From an uncultured Desulfovibrionaceae bacterium (GTDB lineage Bacteria; Desulfobacterota; Desulfovibrionia; Desulfovibrionales; Desulfovibrionaceae), in the NCBI GenBank assembly GCA_964368805.1, contig CAYJDE010000001.1:1-56618 (forward strand): a stretch of 56,618 nucleotides of DNA, in the 5' to 3' direction. The notes under the pieces were generated by a model that made no database searches, was not told where the DNA came from, and saw nothing but the letters and a program-made list of their open reading frames with translations. A program made the translations under genes and the position numbers. Within the stretch, counting starts at the first letter, position 1; the number at the start of each line of letters is the position of its first letter. Of the stretch, positions 18,629-27,824 are shown piece after piece.

Positions 18629-19873
18629 ATGAATATTTCAGGAATTGGCACAAGTAGTAGTTCTTTATACAGCTACCAGTGGAATAATCAGCAATTACAA
18701 GAATCTACAACTACCAACAGTACGAGTAGTAGCAGTAGTTCTAGTGCTTATGGCTTTCAAGGCACAAGCAGCGTTTCTTCCATGGTAGAACTTGCCACCT
18801 ACGCCATGGAGGCCATGGGCGTAAGCAGCAGCGAAAAAGTAACTTTTAGCCAAATCGAGAAATATAAAGAGGAATTAGAAGAAGCTTTTAGCAAAAATCT
18901 TAATGCCAGCATTCAAAGTTTAAATATTGATGAAAGTGCTAGCTTTACAGTAAATTTAGCTACTGATGGCACCATTAAAGTGGACTCAAGTCATGAAGAT
19001 AGTGCTAAAATACAAGCCTATTTTGATGTGTACCCAGAAATGGCTAATAATTTACGTAAGCAACTTGATGCAGCTGGTTTTGAAAACAATGTACAGTTTT
19101 CCATCAGTGCTAATGGTGCCATATCTGGGGTAAGCACAACAGAAGACCCTGAAATGACAGAGCTTTCTGACAGCACCCTTGGCACAGACATTTTAAGTGG
19201 TATCCAAGAATCAACAGAAGAAGAAGTAGTGGAAATTCAACCATTTTCACTCGTTATCAACAATGGTTCTTTGCAATTTGACGATGAAGGCGGCGAACAT
19301 CAGCACAGTGCAGCCATCATAGAGTATTTAGCAGGCGACCCAGCCCTTGCCCAAGAAATTCAGGCCGCCATTGATGCCAAAGGCATTACGGGAGAAGTGC
19401 GCATACACGTAAACTCTGATGGCAAGGTTACTGTGGAACAAGTCCCTTCCGGCAATACAAATACCGAAGATGAAGCGGAAAATAATGCCGCCCTACAGGA
19501 ATTTCTTACAGACAATAATGTGGGACAAAGTTTAAAAGACGGCCTTGCCAGCGTAGGCATTGACCCTAATATTGATTTTCGCCTTACTGTAGAAGATGGA
19601 AAAGTGGTGGTGAATAGTTCACACCCTGATGCTGTAAAAGTACAAGCACTTATCGACGCAGATGAACAGCTTAGTAAGGATTATTTGCAAATAGACGCCC
19701 TTGCCGGCCTTGATGCTGCCCGTAAATCTATGCAGGTGGAACCTTCTACCATGCGTACACGTATTCAAATGGAAAGCATGGTGGCATGGTGGGCCAATAC
19801 CGGCACCAGTAGCATAGGTTCCTTTTCTAACGGTGACTTATCTTCCTTTACAGGGGTAAATTCTGTTGTGTAA
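18629..19873 (+). CDS. Hypothetical acidic protein with a Ser-rich disordered N-terminus and three ~100-aa internal repeats
   Basis: 414 aa with no signal peptide or TM segment. The repeated module is (V/L)xxxxDGx(I/V)xVxSSH(E/P)D(S/A)xK(I/V)QA followed by a helix. AAGGGGA RBS. No family recognised. Confidence 0.7.
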   Translation: MNISGIGTSSSSLYSYQWNNQQLQESTTTNSTSSSSSSSAYGFQGTSSVSSMVELATYAMEAMGVSSSEKVTFSQIEKYKEELEEAFSKNLNASIQSLNIDESASFTVNLATDGTIKVDSSHEDSAKIQAYFDVYPEMANNLRKQLDAAGFENNVQFSISANGAISGVSTTEDPEMTELSDSTLGTDILSGIQESTEEEVVEIQPFSLVINNGSLQFDDEGGEHQHSAAIIEYLAGDPALAQEIQAAIDAKGITGEVRIHVNSDGKVTVEQVPSGNTNTEDEAENNAALQEFLTDNNVGQSLKDGLASVGIDPNIDFRLTVEDGKVVVNSSHPDAVKVQALIDADEQLSKDYLQIDALAGLDAARKSMQVEPSTMRTRIQMESMVAWWANTGTSSIGSFSNGDLSSFTGVNSVV

Positions 19874-19895
19874 TGCTGCATTAACACCTCAAACA

Positions 19896-22800
19896 ATGCA
19901 AAAAAACACAGACATACTTTGGAGCGAAAATCCCTACCTTGACTTTCGCCCTTTTGATACAATCCACGCCCCTATCTTTCATGGTCGAAGTCATGCTGTG
20001 CAAGAAGTATTACAGCTTTTAACAGCTCAAAGTAACATTAAAAAACCTTTTCTTGTCATCTATGGCAATAGTGGTATTGGTAAAAGTTCCTTGCTAAAAG
20101 CAGGCTTATTACCTGTACTATTGGCCGATGCTAATAAATGGAACATTGCGCATTGCATAGAATTTTCTCCTGCAGATAAAAAACCTCAGGAAGAAGATTT
20201 TTCTTTTGCCCTTGCCCGTGCCCTCACCCAACCGACGACAACTTCACAACAAAAGCAACAAGAAAACCTTACCCCATCAACACATACATACCCACCTGCC
20301 CTTCCTGAATTGTTGACAAACGATAGTGATATACATGCGTTAACACAATGCATCCAAAAAGATATTGCAACCTTACTCAAGCGTATAAAAGACGTCAGCA
20401 AGGGCCAAATTTGCCTGCTCTTAGATCCCTTAGATGAAATATTTACCCACCCGCATTGGAATGATGCCTGTCGCTTGCAGTTTTTTGCTCTACTCCGCTG
20501 TTTGGTAGATGGCGGCATTATGGTTATTGCTACCCTACGCAGCCAGTATATGAAGCAATGCGAAGCCATGGCTGATTTCCCTTATTTACGTGATGTTAAA
20601 GGGTACTTCTTGCTTAAAAACCTTTCTAGGGCCGAGATTCTGTGCAGTATTATTGCACCGGCCCACGCTGCAGGGATCAGCTTTGAAAAGCAAGAGCAAG
20701 GTATATACTTAGCAGAAAAAATTGCCGATGATGCATTAGCTTATACGTCTTTTGGGCAAGGTAGTTCGGCTTTAGGCTTACTTGAATACGCACTTTTTAC
20801 CCTCTATACAAAAGCCCAAGCAGAAAATACTTCCCACCCTGCACTTTTACGTTTTAAAGACTACGCAGAACTTGGTTTTTTACACGGCACCATGGCCCAT
20901 TGGGCACAAGAAAGCTTTGTGGCTTTTGCCCAAGAGTATCCTGAAGCTGAAGCAAGTTTTGAGCGTACTACCCGCCAGTTAGTAACACTTAACCAGCAAA
21001 ATACATTTCATAACCAAAAAGCCCCTTACAGCCTAATTACTCAACATGCGCAAGATAAAAAGTATGTAGATGCCTTTATACAAGCACGTATCCTTGTCAT
21101 TGATCAAGAGGAGCATGTGTATTTTGCCCATGAAAGCTTACTTTTACATTGGAAAAAACTGCATGTGTGGTTAGATGCGCAACGCCCTTTTTTCGTTGCT
21201 TTACAACGCCTGCGCCTACGTAGTGCACAATGGCATGAAGAATATATCAAGAGCGCAGCAAAAAATACACAAGCATTGTTAGCTCAAGGTAAAGCCTTAG
21301 ACGATGCTGTATATATTTGTTCTGTACAAGAAAATGTGCTTAACCAACAGCAAAAACAGTATGTTGCCGCCTCCCGAAAATACGCTCGTAAAAAACAGTG
21401 GCATCTTGGATTTTTGACCTGTTTTATACTGGCTTGCGGGGTGCTGTTGGCCACAGTCGGTTTTTTTTATGAGGATATGAAGGGAAAACTGCAAATCCAA
21501 AAACAGCATGCGCAAAAAACACAACAAGATACCAAAGAACTCATTGAATTTCTGCTTGTAGATTTACAGTTTTTACTGCGCCCTTTAGGAAAATTATCCC
21601 TTATGGACGCACTCTATGAAAGAACCAATGACTATTTCATAAAACAAGGAAATAACTATTACTCTGCACAAATTCTTCAAAAACACGGACTTGTTCTAGC
21701 CGAGCGAGGCAAGATAGATCAGGCTTTGGCTCTTTTAGAAAAAGCCGTGGCAATCTTTCAAAACCAAGTGCAACAAGACCCTAAAAATAAAGAATATCAA
21801 GTAAATCTTTCTTTATCTTTACAAGACCTTGCCAGTATATTAGCCCAGAATGAAAACTATGTAGAAGCTTTACTTTTATTGACACAATCCATAGACATAA
21901 CCCGTGCCATAGTTACAGAAAATCCACAAAATATTATTGCACAAGAATCATTGGCCACGGCCCTCATGAACAAGGCAAATATTTTGTATGTGCGCAAAGA
22001 AAATAATCAATCCTTTTATGACTATCGAGAAGCATTTGGTATTTATAGTAAACTTATAGATAATGCTCCCCTCCAATCCCATTGGCAACATAATATTTTT
22101 ATAGCCACCCTGTACATGGCTAAAATACTGCGCTTTGAAAAAAGATTTGAAGAAGCTCTTCAAATTCAACAAGATGGTCTAAAAGTAGCCCGTAGTTTCG
22201 TAGAATTAGACCCTGAAAATAAGCATTGGCAACACATTCTTTGCCGTGCACTAAACAATTTTGGCACAGAATTACTTTTTCAACGAAAAACACAGAAAGC
22301 ATTAGAAGCTTTCATTGAAAGTTGGAATATTGGAAAAGAGCTCCACATCCATGACCCCAAGAATACACAATGGAAAGCTACGCTTGCTCTCACATTAAAA
22401 GCCATTGGTCGCATTGCCAAGCTGCAGAACAATATCAAGTTGCAGCATACCACCATTAATTTTGCCATAAAAATTCTTCGGGAAAGTATTGAAGCGGCCC
22501 CTCACGAAAAAAGTTTTCGTAAAAACATGTTGGGGTTTTTAGAAACAAAAGCAACACTCCTTTTTAATGAAGGGAAAAAAAACGAATCACGTGAATTTCA
22601 TCAAGAAAAAATGAAACATCTGCAAAACCTTATTGATCGATTCCCCAACGATGTAGAAGTTTATACACTTTTTTCTAATGAGGTGCTTGCTTTTATTGAA
22701 TACTATGCCGATAGCAATAAATCTCTTTTAATTGATCATGCGTTAAAATACGTGCAAGAAGCCCTTGCCATCTATCCGAATAATATTGCTTTGCTTATGA

Positions 22801-23012
22801 AACGCAGTCTTTTGCTTAATGCCAAAGGAGATATGTATAATGCGCAAAAGAAGAAAAGAGAAGCTACTGCTGCCTACCGAGAAGGTTTTACGTATTACAA
22901 AAAAACCCTTGAACGCTTACAAAACCGTACCATAAAAGCAGACGAAAAAGAAAATATCGAACATGATAGGCAAATATTAGAAAAAAAATATCATTCCCTA
23001 GACTTTTTATGA
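19896..23012 (+). CDS. STAND-class P-loop NTPase (nSTAND/NACHT-like), one TM helix, and a long C-terminal TPR array
   Basis: ENPYLDFRPF...FHGRS...VIYGNSGIGKSSLLKAGLLP (Walker A), LLLDPLDEIFT (Walker B, DQFEELF-like), ATLRSQYM, HESLLLHWKKLHVWL. TM helix LGFLTCFILACGVLLATVGFF. About 450 aa of TPR-like repeats. The start may instead be TTG 19866, which overlaps the upstream stop. Confidence 0.8.
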   Translation: MQKNTDILWSENPYLDFRPFDTIHAPIFHGRSHAVQEVLQLLTAQSNIKKPFLVIYGNSGIGKSSLLKAGLLPVLLADANKWNIAHCIEFSPADKKPQEEDFSFALARALTQPTTTSQQKQQENLTPSTHTYPPALPELLTNDSDIHALTQCIQKDIATLLKRIKDVSKGQICLLLDPLDEIFTHPHWNDACRLQFFALLRCLVDGGIMVIATLRSQYMKQCEAMADFPYLRDVKGYFLLKNLSRAEILCSIIAPAHAAGISFEKQEQGIYLAEKIADDALAYTSFGQGSSALGLLEYALFTLYTKAQAENTSHPALLRFKDYAELGFLHGTMAHWAQESFVAFAQEYPEAEASFERTTRQLVTLNQQNTFHNQKAPYSLITQHAQDKKYVDAFIQARILVIDQEEHVYFAHESLLLHWKKLHVWLDAQRPFFVALQRLRLRSAQWHEEYIKSAAKNTQALLAQGKALDDAVYICSVQENVLNQQQKQYVAASRKYARKKQWHLGFLTCFILACGVLLATVGFFYEDMKGKLQIQKQHAQKTQQDTKELIEFLLVDLQFLLRPLGKLSLMDALYERTNDYFIKQGNNYYSAQILQKHGLVLAERGKIDQALALLEKAVAIFQNQVQQDPKNKEYQVNLSLSLQDLASILAQNENYVEALLLLTQSIDITRAIVTENPQNIIAQESLATALMNKANILYVRKENNQSFYDYREAFGIYSKLIDNAPLQSHWQHNIFIATLYMAKILRFEKRFEEALQIQQDGLKVARSFVELDPENKHWQHILCRALNNFGTELLFQRKTQKALEAFIESWNIGKELHIHDPKNTQWKATLALTLKAIGRIAKLQNNIKLQHTTINFAIKILRESIEAAPHEKSFRKNMLGFLETKATLLFNEGKKNESREFHQEKMKHLQNLIDRFPNDVEVYTLFSNEVLAFIEYYADSNKSLLIDHALKYVQEALAIYPNNIALLMKRSLLLNAKGDMYNAQKKKREATAAYREGFTYYKKTLERLQNRTIKADEKENIEHDRQILEKKYHSLDFL

Positions 23013-23112
23013 TGTATTTTATATGTGCAGAGACCTCATTTTATGGTCCGTGACGTAACAAAAAAAGAGTCTGAAAAAGTAAGCTGTACATTTAAAACAA
23101 CTTACTATCTTT

Positions 23113-23643
23113 CTACCACCATTTTGTAGGATATACCTTTCTTCTTGTTACAAAGCTTAAAAAAGCACCAATACAAACCACTAAAGATGCCCCCATGAGG
23201 CAGGGGACCACAGCATAGGTATACCCTAAATTTTTTATGGATTCATCACCCACAACGGCCAGTAAAGCAGAAGCTCCGCCAGGAGGATGTAAGGTTTTTG
23301 TTAGCGTCATAAGCAAGATAGCTAAAGAAACAGAGGTGCATGCTGCCAATGTAGGCCAAGAAAATAAAAAAATTTGGCATGTCACTCCTGCAATGGCAGA
23401 AACAAATTGTCCGCCTAAGACATTGCGAGGCTGCGCTAAAGGGCTTTGCGGGGCTCCAAAAACAAGTACCGCTGAAGCACCAAAGGAGGCCATAAGAAAT
23501 TCAATCTCTTGAGCCTCAAAAACCCAAGAATCTAAAAGCACAATGGAGAGCAGGCATAAGGAAGAACCAACCCAAGCCCAAAAGGCATTTTCAATTCTTT
23601 GATGCTTTTCAACAAAGTTTTTATATGAAAGCTTTAAATCCAT
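23113..23643 (-). CDS. HPP-family integral membrane protein
   Basis: 176 aa with 4-5 TM helices and the signature LHPPGGASALLAV. Confidence 0.8.
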   Translation of the reverse strand: MDLKLSYKNFVEKHQRIENAFWAWVGSSLCLLSIVLLDSWVFEAQEIEFLMASFGASAVLVFGAPQSPLAQPRNVLGGQFVSAIAGVTCQIFLFSWPTLAACTSVSLAILLMTLTKTLHPPGGASALLAVVGDESIKNLGYTYAVVPCLMGASLVVCIGAFLSFVTRRKVYPTKWW

Positions 23644-23901
23644 ATGTTTTGCTTTTTATCACTATCACGAAAGACTGATTAAATTATTATCTGTCTTTAC
23701 CTTTACACATATAAAATTCATATAACGAGTCATTTTCTGCTTTTTATATGATTTTTTATATATGTGAAAGTAATTATGCAGAGGTTTCTTTTCAAGGAGA
23801 GAGTCTGAGAGGGGGCCATCTGCAAAAGTTTTGCCCTAAAAAAAGGTTTCCCCTCTCAGGAAAAAGAATGTATTAACGTTTTCTTACAAAAATGTTAACT
23901 A

Positions 23902-26112
23902 TTATAGTTGCTTTTGCAATTCCACACTTAGCTCTTGGGCATGCTCCACATCAAAATCTTCCAAAGCTTGCTTTAATTGAACGAGCAATGCGTTAGCCGC
24001 TGTTTCCTGTAAACGTTCCTGTAAATAGTCTACAATATCATTAGCATGGCCCCAATCTTGTTCCATATGACTGATAGCCAAGTCTAGTACGTGCTTAACA
24101 TGTTCTCTTTCCGCCACATTAAGGCATTGCGAAACTTCTTTTACCGCAGTTAATTCAGTTGTGTCGCTTCCAAGGCCCAAATTTTCCCGCACAGAATCCA
24201 CAGCATCCGTTAAGCGTAAAACTAAGGTACGCAAATGAGGCGCAGTCATACTTGGTGCAAGGCTAATGGCTTTTTCTAAAGCTTCAGCAGCAGAAGCTAA
24301 AGCTTCGGCACCTAAGTTGGCAGCAATACCCCGTACCGTATGCGCATGGCGAATGGCGGTTTCTAAATCATTCTTTTTGATACAATCGCTAATGTCCTGA
24401 TTGATATCTGCATACCTTGTGGCAAATTTACGCAATAGTGAAATATACAAAGCTTCATTGCCACCAACAGCAGCCAAACCACTCGTTAAATTGAAGCCTT
24501 CCATGGTATCTGGCAATTTTTCTTTGCGTACAATATTTACTTCCTTAGTAAGAACTTCTTTTTTTCCTGCATTGGCATTGCTTGGCATTAAAGTAGAAAT
24601 AGTACTAAAAAGCGCCATGGGTTCCAAAGGCTTTGTTAAGTGAGCATTCATACCTGCAGCAAGAGAAATTTCTTTGTCATCAGCCATGCTGTGCGCTGTC
24701 ATGGCAATGATGGGCATTTTATATCCGGCAGCACGAATGGCCTTGGTGGCTTCTAGACCATCCATCACCGGCATTTGAATATCCATAAGAATAAGCCCGT
24801 ATTGCATCATTTGCACGCATTCTACGGCCTCTTTTCCGTTATTGGCTACATCTACTTCATACAAGGCAGAAGTGAGTACTTCATACGCAATTTCTTGGTT
24901 TATTTCATTATCTTCTACTAAAAGGATTCGAGCAGGGCCATCATTTTCTATGGCCACATCCTCTATCATTTCAGAGGCTATGCGTTCACTTTCTAACTGT
25001 TCAAAAACATCAAGCAATGTTAATTTATAAATATCTAACGTGGCAGGCGTTTGAATAAATTCACGAAAGCCAGATTTTTTTGCCACAACGTCCACTTCGT
25101 CAATGCAATAATCCGACATAAGCACCAAAGCGGGCGGCGGATTTTGCTTTTTCATTTCATGTAAATATTGCGCAATCTCAATACCGTCCATATCTGGCAT
25201 TTGCCACGTGATAAGAGCAAAATCAAATGGTTTATCTGATCTATCGGCTTCGGCAATTATTTTGATAGCCTCTTCGGAGTGGTTAGAAGTTTCAACCTCC
25301 ATGCCAAGGCTAAGTAAAATAGGCACCACAGATTGCAAATGCAAACTATTATGATCTATAATAATAACCTTCTTCCCTTTAAGCGGCGTATCTTGAACTG
25401 CCGTGCCGGCCTCTGCCTTAGGCAAAGGTATTCTTACCACAAAAATGGAGCCGGGATTGTCTGCACTATCTGTGGGATTTGGTAAAACCTGAATACTTCC
25501 CTTCATCAATGAGACAAGCTGCTTACATGTGGCTAATCCAAGACCAGCACCGCCAAAGGTACGAGTGTGAGAGTTATCCACCTGCATAAAGGGCTCAAAA
25601 ATTTTCTCACGCCATTCCTCAGCAATGCCTATACCCGTATCTGCTATGGAAAAGCGTATAACATTGGCATCTGCTTCATCAATGTCCACATGAATATGCA
25701 CAGAGCCTTCCGAGGTAAACTTCACCGCATTTTGTGCTATATTCAGTAATACCTGCGAAACTCGTATGGAATCACCCATAACTTCCGAAGGAACTTCAGG
25801 CGCACAAGTTAAAGAAAATTTTATCTTTTTCTCTTGGCAGCGTAAGGATGTGGTTTGTGCAAGATTATCTAACAAAACCTGCATATTAAAAGGAAGATTT
25901 TGCAGTTCAAGCGAGCCTTCTTCTGTACTTGTATAATCTAAAATCCCTTGAAATGTTTGAAGGAGATTTTCAGCAGAAGAAATAATAGTGGTTAGGAAGT
26001 TCCGCTGTTTGTCATCAAGCCTTGTCTGTTGAAACAAAAAACCAAGGCCAATAATGGCATTAATGGGAGTACGCACTTCATGGCTAATTTTAGTAAGAAA
26101 ATTATCTTGCAT
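23902..26112 (-). CDS. Hybrid histidine kinase lacking a sensor domain: HisKA, HATPase_c, pseudo-receiver, receiver, Hpt
   Basis: The H-box ISHEVRTPINAI starts at residue 9. G-boxes GIGIAEE...GGAGLGLA. REC1 has T302 in place of the phospho-Asp (LITWQMPDMDG) and T in place of the conserved Lys. REC2 is canonical (LILMDIQMPVMDG...LTKP). Hpt motif HTVRGIAANLGA. Confidence 0.88.
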   Translation of the reverse strand: MQDNFLTKISHEVRTPINAIIGLGFLFQQTRLDDKQRNFLTTIISSAENLLQTFQGILDYTSTEEGSLELQNLPFNMQVLLDNLAQTTSLRCQEKKIKFSLTCAPEVPSEVMGDSIRVSQVLLNIAQNAVKFTSEGSVHIHVDIDEADANVIRFSIADTGIGIAEEWREKIFEPFMQVDNSHTRTFGGAGLGLATCKQLVSLMKGSIQVLPNPTDSADNPGSIFVVRIPLPKAEAGTAVQDTPLKGKKVIIIDHNSLHLQSVVPILLSLGMEVETSNHSEEAIKIIAEADRSDKPFDFALITWQMPDMDGIEIAQYLHEMKKQNPPPALVLMSDYCIDEVDVVAKKSGFREFIQTPATLDIYKLTLLDVFEQLESERIASEMIEDVAIENDGPARILLVEDNEINQEIAYEVLTSALYEVDVANNGKEAVECVQMMQYGLILMDIQMPVMDGLEATKAIRAAGYKMPIIAMTAHSMADDKEISLAAGMNAHLTKPLEPMALFSTISTLMPSNANAGKKEVLTKEVNIVRKEKLPDTMEGFNLTSGLAAVGGNEALYISLLRKFATRYADINQDISDCIKKNDLETAIRHAHTVRGIAANLGAEALASAAEALEKAISLAPSMTAPHLRTLVLRLTDAVDSVRENLGLGSDTTELTAVKEVSQCLNVAEREHVKHVLDLAISHMEQDWGHANDIVDYLQERLQETAANALLVQLKQALEDFDVEHAQELSVELQKQL

Positions 26113-26130
26113 GGGAAAGCTCTTGGTTAA

Positions 26131-27423
26131 TTATTGTAAAACACGGTAACAAACGGGTTCATCTTGAAGCATTTGCTGTGCTTTTATCATTTCTAAAGCC
26201 TGTTGCATGGACTGAGTTTTAGCTTCATGCGTCATAAAAATAAGCGGTACAACGCCTTGTTCTTCCGGTTTTTGAATGACTTGGGCAATACTAATATCTT
26301 GTGCAGCCATAATACCGGCAATATCTCGCAAAACACCAGAAGTGTCATGCACCATAAAGCGTAAATAGTAAGAAGCAACGCTTTCACTTGGTGGAAGAAT
26401 TTGGGCACGCTGTAATACCTGACGGATAAATCCTGTATTATGCGGTTTGGCATCACGGGCCACCGTAAGTAAATCGCCTACCACAGCAGAAGCTGTGGGT
26501 AAGTCTCCGGCACCTCTGCCGTGTAAAAAGAGCGAACCTACAGCATTACCCTCTACACGTACGGCATTATAAGACCCGCCGACACTAGCCATAAGAAAAC
26601 GATGATGAATAAGCGTGGGGAAAATGCCAGCCTCAATGGAGCCATCTACTAAACGAGCCTGAGCCAATAATTTTACACGATAGCCAAATTCTCTGGCAAT
26701 GGAAATATCCATTTTTTGCATATGCCGAATGCCGTATACGGGCATTTCTGCATAAGGATACTCTACTCCATAGGCCAAACGAATAAGCAAAACCAACTTA
26801 TGTGCAGCATCATGGCCGTCAATATCAAGCGTTGGGTCTGCTTCGGCATAGCCAAGATCTTGGGCTTCTTGTAAAGCCGTCCCAAAATCAAGGCCTTCGG
26901 TAGACATTTGGGAGAGAATATAGTTACTTGTGCCATTTAAAATACCAATCAGAGAACTAATGGTATTACCTGCAAGACTTTCTTTTAAGGTTTGTACAAT
27001 GGGTATACCTCCAGCCACAGAGGCTTCGTAAAGCAGCGACAAACCTTTTTTTTCTGCTTTTTCAAAAAGATCTGTACCGGCTTCGGCCAAAAGGGCCTTA
27101 TTGGCCGTAACTACATGTTTCCCCATGTCCAAAGCACGAGAAATAAGTGCCCCTGGGGCTTCAATACCGCCCATAAGCTCCAGAATAATTTCTATTTCAG
27201 GATCATCAGTCAACTCATGAGTTTCATAAACAAACTTTGCAGAAGACGGCAAAGAGCAAGCACGCGCCTTGGTCTTATCCCGCACAAGAACACTTTTTAC
27301 AACAATGGAACGTCCAATACGCTGTTCAATCAGCGTAGCATTTTCTTCCAATGTGCGCACAACACCTGTGCCTACTGTACCAAAGCCTGCAAGGCCTATC
27401 TTAAGAGGGGGATAATTTTGCAT
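26131..27423 (-). CDS. hom: Homoserine dehydrogenase with a C-terminal ACT domain
   Basis: KIGLAGFGTVGTGVVRTL Rossmann motif, central catalytic domain, ACT-like C-terminus. 430 aa. Confidence 0.9.
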   Translation of the reverse strand: MQNYPPLKIGLAGFGTVGTGVVRTLEENATLIEQRIGRSIVVKSVLVRDKTKARACSLPSSAKFVYETHELTDDPEIEIILELMGGIEAPGALISRALDMGKHVVTANKALLAEAGTDLFEKAEKKGLSLLYEASVAGGIPIVQTLKESLAGNTISSLIGILNGTSNYILSQMSTEGLDFGTALQEAQDLGYAEADPTLDIDGHDAAHKLVLLIRLAYGVEYPYAEMPVYGIRHMQKMDISIAREFGYRVKLLAQARLVDGSIEAGIFPTLIHHRFLMASVGGSYNAVRVEGNAVGSLFLHGRGAGDLPTASAVVGDLLTVARDAKPHNTGFIRQVLQRAQILPPSESVASYYLRFMVHDTSGVLRDIAGIMAAQDISIAQVIQKPEEQGVVPLIFMTHEAKTQSMQQALEMIKAQQMLQDEPVCYRVLQ

Positions 27424-27714
27424 ATTCCTTTTCGCTTATCTTTCATGAGCATTGTTATGTGTTGCAGTATTTATAGTCATTTATGTATATTTTTATACAT
27501 AGTTTCGACACTATCCTCTACAGCACGACAAACATACACTTTTTTATTGCTTTCGTAAACAGTAATTACTCATTTTATGACGTCTTTCTATAACCTCTTA
27601 ATTTAGCAGTAGTTTACTAAACATAACCTATCAGCATAATTCTTTATTTAATAGTTTTTTAGTATGAATTAGATTTTACATTCCACTTTACTTTATCAAC
27701 CTTATGTACTTGTC

Positions 27715-27742
27715 TTGACATATATTTCAAAAATGTTAGTAT
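27715..27742 (+). promoter_or_regulatory. Candidate sigma-70 promoter for the tandem hybrid kinase genes
   Basis: TTGACA (27715-27720), 16-nt spacer, TAGTAT (27737-27742). About 85 nt upstream of ATG 27825. Confidence 0.3.
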
Positions 27743-27824
27743 TCCGCTTAGTTTTCCATGCTTCTAAAAGAGTGCGTACAGAGGATATTTTTTTCACAGA
27801 GCCTGTTTTGTAGGAAATGCTTGT

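Noticed and set aside
23805-23859. Inverted repeat CTGAGAGGGG...CCCCTCTCAG downstream of the hybrid kinase gene
   Set aside because: It has a 10-bp stem but a 35-nt loop and no adjoining T-tract in the correct orientation. It may contribute to termination, but the evidence is too weak to call a feature.
26992-27558. 188-aa ORF antisense to hom, and the 174-aa ORF 29228-29752 antisense to the first hybrid kinase
   Set aside because: These are shadow ORFs inside well-supported genes with no motifs.
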